From positions 146,568,001 to 146,632,000 of the forward strand of contig JBITNC010000001.1 in NCBI GenBank assembly GCA_050084985.1: a stretch of 64,000 bases of DNA, read 5' to 3'. Position numbers and translations under genes: made by a program. The notes beneath the pieces were generated by a model, which was given only the letters and a program-made list of their open reading frames with translations, searched no databases and had not been told where the DNA came from. The first letter of the stretch is position 1; each line of letters begins with the position of its first letter. Positions 52,371 to 64,000 of the stretch are shown here, in pieces. Source of the stretch: Nageia nagi (taxonomy: Eukaryota; Plantae; Pinophyta).

Positions 52371-55300
52371 AAACATATGTTTAGAAGGGAATAAATAACT
52401 TGTTCAAAGTGAAGGCTACATATTTCTAACTTGTTTGAAGTTAGTAATAATGAATTAGAAGAAATATTTATAACTAAGAAACCCTTCATTGTATCATCTA
52501 AATACAAAATGGATAGATTTGGCAAAACCACTCATCTCCTCTAATCACTAATGAATGGATTTTATCAGATCTACAACGGATAGACTTCAAAAATAATTTA
52601 TCTCCTCTGATTGCTAGTGGATGGATTTTTATGGTCTCTAATGGATATAATTATCAAAATCTTTACATATTGACCATTCTCCAATGGATATAAATATGCT
52701 CGTTCCTTTCCATAGAATATTCCTTGGATGTGCAAACTCATAAAATGCTTGAATACATCCACCCATTTCAAAAGTTTTATATAGTATCCATTCTCCAATG
52801 GCTATAAATATGCTTTTTTCTTTCCATAGAATCTTCCTTGTATATGTGGAATACAAAAAACCATTGAGATACATCCACCCATTTAAGAGGCCAAATACTA
52901 ATGCAGACACCTTACATAACATGTTGGCACATTTTCATCTAGTATTTTCATGTACAAAACCTTCTTTAATTCAATTTATGTGATAAATTATTTCAAATTT
53001 ATTTATTACTAGGTTCTAATTATGTCAAGACATCATACAGAGGTAGATAAAGTTGGTCAAAGAAAGTCAATTATAGCACGTGTCCCTTAATATATGTCAA
53101 CTACATTTACAAAAATATTATTCAATTAATCACATAAATTTATATAAATAGCAATAGCTTCAAAAAATATTAACAGTAATTTTACAAAATATTTTGAACT
53201 TCATTTTCATGATAGGGAGGATTACCACCTTGTTAATGAGCCAAGAATGGTTTGCAATATCAAGGATAACAAAAATGACCTTGATAATTGGGATGTGAGA
53301 TTATTTGCTTGTTGTCTACTTCCCTTATTCTTTATAGTAGTATAGCTCTTGCATTGCTTTACTATGATTAGTAGTCTATAATTTAAAATATTATTTAGGT
53401 TTGTAGAACCTCAATGTGTATAAAACATCCATCTAAAAAAAATCAATTTATCTAAAATATCAAAGATACATGTCAATCTCAAATTTTTGTTAGGTATTAT
53501 TGATTATGTAGTTTTTGTAGCTTTAGATTTTACATTTTATCATATTATTAATTCTTTATTGAAGGTGTGTAATAGTACTAATTTATTAATAACTAATTAA
53601 AATAGATTTTTTTGGTATATAGTTTAAATTATATATTTTCAATTGTAAAAATAGAATAGAATAAATATAATTTGTACTATTATCATCAATGATAAAAAAA
53701 TATCATACAACTATAAAGTAAGACATATACAAAGAAACTAGAGTTCCTAATGCAACTTGAGAAAAAAAAATAAGAAAAAAATTAAATAGTGTAATTTGAT
53801 ATACAAGATCTGTAGATGAAGCTCATAAGATACAAAAGTTTTATTTTAATAAATGGTAAGCATTGTAATAATTTTAAATTATTATTTTAAAGTAATAAAT
53901 GAAAATTATTATCAACTTTAAAATCATTGCTATGATCTTTTAAATTCTAAATATTAGAAGATTGCATGTCCATTCTAAGGATAATAGAGTTTAAGACTTC
54001 AAAATTACAAGTAGATATCTTTAAATATATTTACAAATCATGTAATTTCTATATTAATTTAATTTTAACTTTATTTTTTTAAATATTAATATTCTTTGAA
54101 TTTATGGATAGGCTAGTCAGAGATGGGTATTTGAAATTCTCAAGAATGAGAGACCCAACTTCATGTCTCCCCATTTCCTATTGAAACATTTAAAATCCTA
54201 TCAAGTTAATGGTAGATTCAGATAATGTGGATACCCCCATGATGGCTTACAACCTAATATAAATGGTTGCCTGTATTAGGGAGGAAAAATTTATCCATTA
54301 AGGATAGTTTATCCATAAAAAAATTAAGATTCTGATGCATTCATAAATAATTAGCTTATTAAAAATAAAAATGATAATTAAAATATAAAAAATTCAAACA
54401 ATTTAAAAATGATTTATGTGAAGAATCTAAGATTATAATAAATAATTACTCTAAAAAATTAATACAGATTTCAACTTCATTATTTATTATTTTCCAATTT
54501 TGATTTTCATCCACATATTCTAACATTTTAATTACAAAAATAGTTAATATAATAATTTTAAAAAAAATCTAAATATTAAAATTTAGTCACATCTTGTGAA
54601 AATTAATATTAGATAATTTTACATATTACTGAAATTAAAAATATATCATTTTGTATACTATATGATTTTTTGAGATATATGGATTTTATATTTCTTATTT
54701 GTGTATATTATAATATTAATATGAATGATAGGAAAAAAAATTTATATATTTTAATTTTCATAATTTTCAAAAGGATATATGATGTAAGATATATTATAAT
54801 TTATAGGAATTTATATTTATATATCTTATATTTATTAATTTTATCTATCATATTTCTTATAAGATTAATTAACTTTATATTTTTAAAAAAATTATTCCTT
54901 TTTTAAATTTTATCTTACATAAGCTATCTTATCAAAAATATGATAAACAATTACACATGATAAATATTTTAATAAATATTTATCTTATAATAGATATACA
55001 TAAAAAAAACCTAAAAAATGATACAAAAAGAACATCAACTACCTATATATAGAGACAAAAGCATGAATTCTTTTAAAGAAATAAAAATAAAAAGCTATTA
55101 TCCTCACCTTCACCTAGATATAGAGGATATGAATGTAGAAACCATAAGATGTCATATCACCCAGAAAGTAAGAAGTCATTTAGATTTATCCTACTATGGT
55201 ACTTTAGGTACTTATATTATGCCCAAATTATGTCTTTGAAATTAATATCTTACATCACTCTACGGTGAAAAACATATAAGTTGAAACTCTAAAGGATACG

Positions 55301-56407
55301 GTTGTACAGCCTATGAAGGAGTATATTTAAGTTCCTTTAGGAGTATCTATACATGAATAACCAACATTAAATAAATCATAAACATACTAGAAAAATATTA
55401 AAAATATCATATAAATAACATTAATAGCATATAAGGATAAAAGGTTGTGTAAAAAATCCACATCATGATACTTTTTATGTTTATATTAATAATATCTTAT
55501 ATCACCCTAAGGCGATAGTCATAGAATTGGATAGTTTAAATTGTAAGGTTGTACATCTTAACCCTAATAATAAAATTAACACATGCATGTTATGTCAACT
55601 TATTACATTGAGAGCATTTATAGTTGCATAAAAGTGGGAAAAGAGAGCCAAATATCCCATTTTTTGTCGCTATATGTTAGCTATATTTCAAAAGTAAGAT
55701 TCGACTACTCACACACATCTATATAAATATCACAATTATAAGAAAATATTCAATACAATTTGGCAAGATTAGTTTGATTTTAGTTTTTTGATACAATAAG
55801 GTATTATAGATGTATTTTGAACTCCCATTGAATACATCAAAAGCCATTTGCACTTCTTTTGTATTTGGGACTACCTTAGATATTTTGCACTATTGAGAAT
55901 ATGCAATGTGGCTTTTATAGTTAATATGCAAGACAAAGTATTATAATTACTTCCCTGGTAGTTTACTTACCTATTTATCTTTAGTAGAATAGTTGTTGTA
56001 TTTCTTTGGGTTACCACTTTGATGTTGAGCCAAAGATGTTTTACAACATAAATGATATTGAACATGGACTTTATAGTTGTGATGTGAGATTGAAGAGGAA
56101 ATAAATCTCCCAAAAGTAATGTTTCGCTTAGAAACCTTCCACTATGTTAATTTAGGTGCTTATATTATACAAATTGTATCTCTAAAACTAAAATCTTACA
56201 TCTTCATAAGGAGAGATTCATATAAGTTGAAACTCTAAAGTATAAGGTTATACATCTTGTGAAGGAGAATATTTAAGTTCCTTCCAGAGTATCAATACAT
56301 AAAAAACCAAACTCATAAAGTACATTATAAGCAAACTTATAAAGGTTCAAGATGTCACATGAAGAATATCAATAGCATATATAGATAAAGGTTATGTAGA
56401 AACCTCC

Positions 56408-56410
<3 letters not shown>

Positions 56411-56462
<52 letters not shown>
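56411..56462. repeat. (TA)n microsatellite
   Basis: TA run with one G interruption. Not expanded in the paralogue at ~12820. Confidence 0.97.
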
Positions 56463-56463
<1 letters not shown>

Positions 56464-56889
56464 TAATATTATATTATATCACCCTAAGGTAATAGTCATA
56501 GAATTGGATACTTCAAAGTGTAAGGTTGTATATCTTAATCCTAATAACAAAATAACACATGTATCTTATGTGAAACTTATTACATCAAGAGGTATCCTTC
56601 ACTTGCAAACAAGGGGGTGAAAAGAGCCAAATATTGTTAACATATATCAACTACATTTCAAAAAAGATGTGTTCACTAATCACATAAATCTATATAAATA
56701 TCAACCTCATAAAAAATTTTAAATATAATTTGGTTTGCTAATTTTGATTTCAATTTTGTGATTAGAAGTATTCTATAGGTAGTAAGGACTTCCTATTTAA
56801 CAAATTAAATCATTAATACTTCTTTGGTATTTGGGACTACCCAAGATGTTTTGTATATAGAAGATATGGAACATAACCTCGATAGTGGA

Positions 56890-57010
56890 GATGTGAGCAT
56901 CGAGCATGAGATCTTGAGGAATCCACCTTCTATTTGGATAAGCCCACCTTAGGCCTTGACTCCTCCACTACCCTATGCATTATCGTTATGTTGGAGAACT
57001 TCACGTGTAA
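56890..57010 (+). pseudogene. ABCG: Second, shorter ABCG fragment (Walker B region)
   Basis: gtgagcatcgagcatgagatcttgaggaatcc...ttggataagcccacctta ggccttgactcctccact reads VSIEHEILRNP..LDKPTLGLDSST. Paralogous to 24678-24795. Confidence 0.85.
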
Positions 57011-57349
57011 AATCTCCAAAAACCCTAACAACCTTAAATCGCCATTCTATACATGAGCTAGAAACTAGGGTTCTTGCAATCTAAAATGTAACAAAATTAT
57101 TATGTACACCCACTACCTACATATTTCCTTTACATCTACCTTCACTTGCTATCCAAAGCTAGTATATCAAGTCTAATAACATTTCAACCCAAACACTATT
57201 GAAATTCAAAGAATGATTTATGATTGATAGTTTTCATACTTTAAATTTTGAGAAATTAAAATCTTAAGGAATTAAAAAGTTGTAAATTACACAAAAATAA
57301 ACTATACAGTATTACACTAAGTATCATAGCCAATAAACATAAAAATACA

Positions 57350-57550
57350 TTAAAATAATTTGTTTCCCTATTCAAAGACTACCACAGGATTCTTATCTGA
57401 TGATGCATCAAATATATGCAATAAATATGCAATCACAATACTCCTTCTAATGTAGTAGCTTTATTATGAAATAGATATTTGAAATATAAGACACTTTCTA
57501 GTAGGCATCATATGTAGAACATATGATGGCAATTGAAGTGTCCTCCTAGT
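57350..57550 (-). pseudogene. Deaminated paralogue of the RING-like fragment
   Basis: Co-linear with 25136-25340. Reads HFNCHHMFY..., with CG/CHG sites mutated. Confidence 0.55.
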
Positions 57551-59439
57551 CAGTCACCTCTTTTATCAAATTTGCAAGGTTCACTTTCCTCCAAATCATG
57601 CAAACATACAAAGTGAAAAGAGAAAGAAAGTGATTATTTAGAAATATGAATTAGAAGGCACATTCATAATTGGAAAGCCCTTAATTATATTATTTGTTTT
57701 ACAATGGATAGATTTTCCAAAATGACTCATCTCCTCTGATCACCAAAGGATGGAATTTTGTAGTCTCCAACTGACAAAATTTTCAAAACATTTTATATTC
57801 TCAATTTCCAATGGCTATGAATATGCTTCATTCCTTTCCATAAAACCTTTCTTGGATGTGTAAAAGGTGATACTATCATCTATATAAGTATTAAAAAAAT
57901 GGTTAAGATATATCTAGCATTTTAGATGCCAAATACTATGGAGGGCATCTTACATAACGTGTTTGACACATCTATCATCTAGTTCTCTTAAACCTTCTTT
58001 AATTTTAGTTTTGTAATAAAGTTTTTAAAAATTTATTTATTTCAAGGTTCTAATAAAAATTTATACCCAAACTTAATTATTAATTATAATTAATTTTTAA
58101 AAAATATAACATTTACATATCTTATATATATTTTACTTTTAATAGTTTTGAATAGGTATATTAACAATGTCTATATATTTCAAAATTTTATTACATTATT
58201 CATTTTACATAAATACATAGAATTTGGTTAAATGATTAATATTTTAAAAAAAATATATCAATATATTAATTTTTTTTTATTTTTATTTTTGCAAAATGGT
58301 ATCAAGAACTCAATATAAAAAGACTTATTCTTCTATTTATTTTTATGGTCTAGTTGGTATAAATAATTATTATTCCATATGGTTTTTTTAATATATAATA
58401 CTTGAATAGTGGATTTTAAAAGGGGTCCCAAAAAACTTTTTATTACTATATAATTATTTAATATATAAAATTTTATAATTATCCAATGATATAGACTATG
58501 AGAGATGAATCTCCAATGAATAACTAGACAAGGCTACAAAAAGTATTTGAAATCCACATCCCACCTAAACACATTTTAAAAAAAATCTTTGAAGATCAAT
58601 TATTGCTTAGAGAATGATCTCTCAATCCTAAAAAAAGTGTATTAGGAGTAGGTAAGATTTTATAGTCAAACTAAAAAGAGGATTTGAAACCCATTTCTTT
58701 AGCAGATACTTTTATCATCATACAAATAAACCCTTCAACCATAAAGTAGGGGATTCTCTTATAATTTAGTGGTGTATAATATTATTTCTACTCTTTACAT
58801 TTTTACCACCTTGAAATATATATCCATATGCTAAGAAATGTTTCCTAGGTTCTCTAGTGAGCTTAAGATAAGGCCTCATTTACCATGTCCAATTATAGGA
58901 TAGCATGATAAAAGGTTGAGCTAAGATGGGATTCATAATTTAGACCATAGAAAAATCAAATTATGTGCAATAAATGTTATTCTATCAATATCTCCATCAT
59001 TCAAGGCTTCCAAGCCCCCTATTGTTATAGATGTATAATGCACCTATAGGATTTAATCAGATGCTAATGGAGGATAGTCAATATCTATTGAAACTATTTT
59101 TATTTCTATTCATCCTTTAAATATCAACCTCATTGGCTCGATCCAATCTCACCATTAAGGTGGACTTAAAATGACTCTCCCTATGGGAAGTCGAGTGATC
59201 TACTATCACTTCCCTTAATGGTATGGTGTATGCCCCCATCTAGGTTATACCCCTATGTGACCTAAGTTGTGTGTGTTTATATATATATATATGTGGATAT
59301 TTTATAAATTAAATATATATATCTCAAAAAAATAGAAAGGGGAGTTCTATACATTTGTTTCAACAAAAAAAGGAAATTCTTTTATTATTTAAATAAACCA
59401 TTGGTTACAAAAATTATAGAAATTGGAGAATAAATTTCG

Positions 59440-59620
59440 GATTTATCTTACCTTGTTACTATTGTTCCTAGATTTTTGCTTCACTTAGCCAACCATAGGC
59501 TCTTATACCAATTTAAGGTGCAAAAATAAAAATAATAATATTAAATAAGTAATATTACATCAACAAATTAAGATAGTAAGATAAAACCCTACTTTTCAAA
59601 AAATAAAAGAATCATAGCAA
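59440..59620 (-). mobile_element. PBS/LTR-junction relic of a third LTR element inside the repeated flank module (also ~19960, ~27368, ~44563)
   Basis: gctcttatacca at 59499-59510 (one mismatch to the Met-tRNA PBS reverse complement), followed by aat-TGAAGGTG-like LTR start in paralogues, and an adjacent minus-strand ATG. Confidence 0.45.
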
Positions 59621-60204
59621 ATCATAATTTTTGAACACAATATATAATATAGTATAATATTTGAACACATTCACAATATATATAAGTTTCTTATAATAAT
59701 AATTTTAATAATGATAGAAAACTAATATTATATATATTTTTCTTAACAATTATGCAATCTATAAGAAGAGAATAATGGATTAATTTCCAATATAACTTAA
59801 ATGGAAATTTCTGCTACATTATTTTAACTACTACTTAGAGAACATGAGATGAGTGTCTCATGAACTCTAAGTTAATAGTTTCACCACTATAATAATATTC
59901 CACTTTCCATGCTATGTACCACCACACATATGTGAAAATCCACCTCAAGTATGCTAAACATAACCATATGAAGGCCTATCACATTACCATCAATAAGGAT
60001 TTCAAAGTTAACTCACCTAGCTTTACTCAATTCAAAATAGATGAAATAATCTAACTAATATATTATTTAATAATAAATAATATATTACTCAACACATAAT
60101 AACATAAGTATGTCTATTTTATTATTATACTCTATTATTTAATATATCCTAAAGTACCAATGCTATATATGTAATTTGTAATTTAAATACTTAATACTAA
60201 ATAT

Positions 60205-62415
60205 TGAGGTTTATAATATAAATTCAAACAACATCAATGTTGAAGAGATAAAACCAAATAGAACTATCATTCATAAAATCTAGACTAATAATAGAGGTGA
60301 TAATATGAACATAGTGGCAATACAATAGAAAACTATGATACAATAATAGAGAAAATAAAACAAAACTTAAAGCTATAGCCTACAATAGATCAATAATTAT
60401 CCAATACAATAATCAATAAATAAAAAGAATGAATAACTATACTAAGTCTACCTCAACCCTAATATTTGTGAGGAATTGGTTACAAGTAGGATTCTCAAAT
60501 TACATGTAAATTATAGTTATAAAAACAAATTTAAGTAACGTCTCAATTATCATTCTAATAAGAATTGTAGTATTGATGTTAAGTGTTAGATAAGAGCATT
60601 GGTATTGGTTCACACATGATATTTTTTACTTTATAAATACTCCTTAATGCTTCTTGGAATCATAAGGGAGTTTCTCACATTCAAAAACTAATATTTATCC
60701 ACTTCTTTTATAAATGCATCTGCTAGTTGATCATGAGTACTATAATATCTTAGTTTAATTAGTATTTTCTTCACCATATCATGAATAAAATGATTTGATC
60801 TTATATGATTTAATAGATGTTATGAAAAGTGAATGAAATTAAAGTTTTTACAAAATAGTAGAGTAGGTTTATCTTGTTTATCACCTATCTCCTCCAAAAT
60901 CTCTTGAAGCCATAATGCTTAAGCACCCACAAAAGTGAGTGTTATATATCTTACTTCATTTAAGGAGAGTACCATTGATCCCTTCTTCTTGAAGTTCCAT
61001 GTGATTAGTCAAAATCCTAACAAAAACTAAATAGCATAAGTAGATATTCAATCATCTAAACTTTTTTCCCAATCTGAATCACTAAAACCAAATAGCTCCA
61101 TTCTCTCATATTGAAAGTGATGGATCCCATAATCAAGATTACTCTACACATACCTTAGAATATTTTTGCAACCTTCAAAGGCAATAAATATGGATCATTC
61201 ATATTCCTTGAAATCATTAAGAGAACAAAAGTAATATATGATCTTATATGTAGAAACAAGATCAATATCCCTAATTCCCATCATCTTTACACAACAATAC
61301 AACATGAGCAACAAGTGTAGAGATTAATTTACAACTTTACATCCTATACTTCTTTGATAGCAAATCAATTACTATATTTTATTTGATAAATAAAGATTGT
61401 ATTATTATTTTGATATACTTGTTTACAAATAAAATAGTGTATTATCCAAAAATATTTCATTTCAAACTCTTGCATTATATGAACCTTAAGTCTCTATTCA
61501 AAATAGAGATACTACCCATATAAACCAAGTCATCCATATTTAAACCCACAACTAGGATTTCATTACCTTTTTCTTGATATATAACATAGGTTTCTATTTT
61601 CTCCTTTTGAAGCCACTATTGTGAAAGTACCACTTTTTAGGTACATTCTTCAAACATATACACAAAATTATCATTCCTTTTACCTCAAAATCTTAAGGTC
61701 TTTGTACATAAATTTACTCATATAAGTACCCATTTAGAAATGCAATTTTGAATCTATATGATGTGTATAGTCTAACATTTATAAATATCAAAGGAAAGTA
61801 CCATTCTAACAATTTGTTATCTTGCTACAAGAGAAAATATATCTTCATGATCAATAACATATTTCTATGTGGATTTATTAGCAACCAAATTGATTTAATT
61901 ATTTGAACAATCCAATACCTACTATATTTAGTATTATAGACCCACTTGGATTAGAAACATTTCTTTCCTTTAGGAAGCTCACACAACTCCTAGGTATCAT
62001 TTCTAACAATGAAATTGATTTCATCCTTCATAACATGCAAAAAAAATTATTAGTACAAGAATATTCATAGAAAGAAGAATAAAATATAGTATTATAAAGC
62101 AAAGCATATTTATCATGTCACCTTTAGGTTCACATCACCTTCATCTCCATACATGCACATAGTCTCAAGTCTTTGAACAACTTAATCCATCTCTTTGGCT
62201 TGGAATCTAGTCATCCTTGTTTAAAATATTTTATCCAATACTTGATAGGATGGATGGATTTGAGGTACTTTAGTCCTCCTTCTTGTTCTTCTCACTTTAA
62301 AGAAAATGTTAGATGACTCATTGTTGAATAAGAAACAATTTCTTTTATTTGGAACCTATTTGATAGACTTGTTGAAGGAGGAAATTAGGTTGCAAAAAAT
62401 AAGAATTGGTGCTAT
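60205..62415 (-). mobile_element. Partial copy of the same Ty1/copia element
   Basis: 3' LTR from tgaggtttataat at 60205, PPT relic, RNase H and RT, co-linear with 45169-47530. Confidence 0.92.
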
Positions 62416-63281
62416 AATTATGTTTCAGATTTCTTTATTGTATGGTGTAAAGCACCCACTAGTATAAATCCAATGTGACATAAATTTGTGTAGGCATAAT
62501 CCTCTACATCTATGTTCCTACATGAGTAACATATTTTAATAATGAAAAAAATAGATAATATTAAAAAATTTGTATATAAATATAATAAATATATATAATA
62601 TATACACATCAATTTTAAATAATAAAATATATAATAGCAAACCATAAGTTTTGAACACAATATATAATATATTATATGTTATGAACACATTCATAATATA
62701 TATAAGTTTTGAATCCTTCACAAACCAATAAGATTATCTTCACTTTATTTCATTCAATCAATAATATAATATGATGTGAGGAAATAACTATTGGTAACTC
62801 AAATGTAACAATCTTTAATATTTTTCTTAATAATTATGTAATATATATGAAGAAAAAAATAGATTAATTTCAATATAACTTAATTTGAAATTTCTCCTAC
62901 ATTATTATAACTACTACTTAGAGAACATGAGATGAGAGTATCATGAACTCTAAGTTAACAGTTTCACCACTATAATAATATGCCATTATTCATGCTATGT
63001 ACCACCACACATATGCCAAAAGCCACCTCATGTATGCCACACACAACCATATGCAGGCCTATCACATTACCTTCAACAAGATTTCAAAGCTAACTCACCT
63101 AGTTTTACTCAATTCAAAATAGATGCAATAATCTAGCTATATATTATAATAATAGATAATATATTACTCAAATCTAATAACATAAGTATGTTATTTTATT
63201 ATTCTACACTATTATCTAATTTATCCTAAAGTATCAATATTAAATATGTAATATATAATATAAATACTTAATACTAAATAT

Positions 63282-63484
63282 TGAGGTTTATAATATAAAC
63301 TCAAAAAAACCAATATTCAAGAGATGAAGGAAGTAAATAGAACTATATTTCATCAAATAAACACAATGAAAAGAGGTCAATATATGAACTATATTACAAC
63401 CTATGATAGCTCAATAATGGAGAAAATGAAAAAAAAAACTGAAATGTACAACCTATGATAGCTCAATAATCATTCAATACAATA
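63282..63484 (-). mobile_element. Truncated LTR fragment of the same copia family
   Basis: Same start, flank and truncation junction (caatacaataa|gatattttataagg) as 20737-20974. Confidence 0.8.
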
Positions 63485-64000
63485 AAGATATTTTATAAGG
63501 ATTTAATGCTTGAAATTAAAGGAAGACATGAAAAGGTTTATGCCTAATGGCAAGACTACATCAATTAAAAATTATAAATAATGAATTATTTTTATATTTT
63601 TTAAATATCCACCATATATAATCAATTTATTTCTACAAGCAAAAAAATTTCAATGATATTAAGGATTATAAAATTATCAAGTTTATACACATTAAAAAAT
63701 TCAAAATGATTTCAAGTTTAAAGTGGATAGTTAGTAGAATTTTCTTTAAATAATGTTATTGGTATGGACTAATTTAATTATAAATTTTTGTATATATTAT
63801 TATATGTTATGATCAAATGAAAATCAATTCTAGAAAAATATGCATTATTAATTGCTTGATATGCTTTCTTGAAATTTAAATTTATAGGTCTTATCTAATT
63901 TTTGTATTATTATGTACCAATATATATTTATTTATTTATATAGGATATAGGCAATATGATATGTACTATATTATGTATAGGGTATATAGAACAATAGCTT

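Noticed and set aside
54670-55239. I/L/F/Y/K-rich ORFs (also 10426, 10710, 23895, 42804, 62418, 62536)
   Set aside because: Compositional artefacts of very AT-rich repeats. Frames are not preserved between duplicates.
1-64000. Fungal RIP as the cause of the AT-richness
   Set aside because: Changes concentrate at CG and CHG, and the gene and TE content is plant-like. Methylcytosine deamination fits better, though this was not computed.

Overview
Very AT-rich, strongly CpG/CHG-depleted plant genomic DNA with no intact protein-coding gene. A large-genome gymnosperm, probably a conifer, is inferred from a Penelope-like element of the kind described as conifer 'Dryads'. The window is a mosaic of locally duplicated multi-kb modules. 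It contains: (i) one near full-length decayed Ty1/copia element (45169-50397, minus) plus five partial copies, and the five copies whose left end survives share one flank, so they multiplied by segmental duplication; (ii) two copies of a decayed long-LTR Ty3/gypsy-like element, one carrying an inverted triplication; (iii) a very decayed plus-strand gypsy remnant and an L1-type LINE fragment; (iv) a GIY-YIG Penelope-like element (40203-42627, minus) with its RT catalytic core deleted, bounded by two direct repeats that reconstruct to a minimal hammerhead ribozyme; (v) a ~1.6 kb CpG-retaining island (24210-25760) holding a pseudogenised ABCG transporter exon (+) facing a RING-finger fragment (-), with MSA-like promoter motifs, whose paralogues are deaminated or deleted; and (vi) minisatellites, (AT)n tracts and a 158-bp foldback. 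Most ORFs in the supplied track are spurious or are pieces of these decayed elements. Nothing here is demonstrably a new biological system. The best leads are the hammerhead relics and the unmethylated two-gene-fragment island. All translations and alignments were done by eye, so boundaries are approximate.
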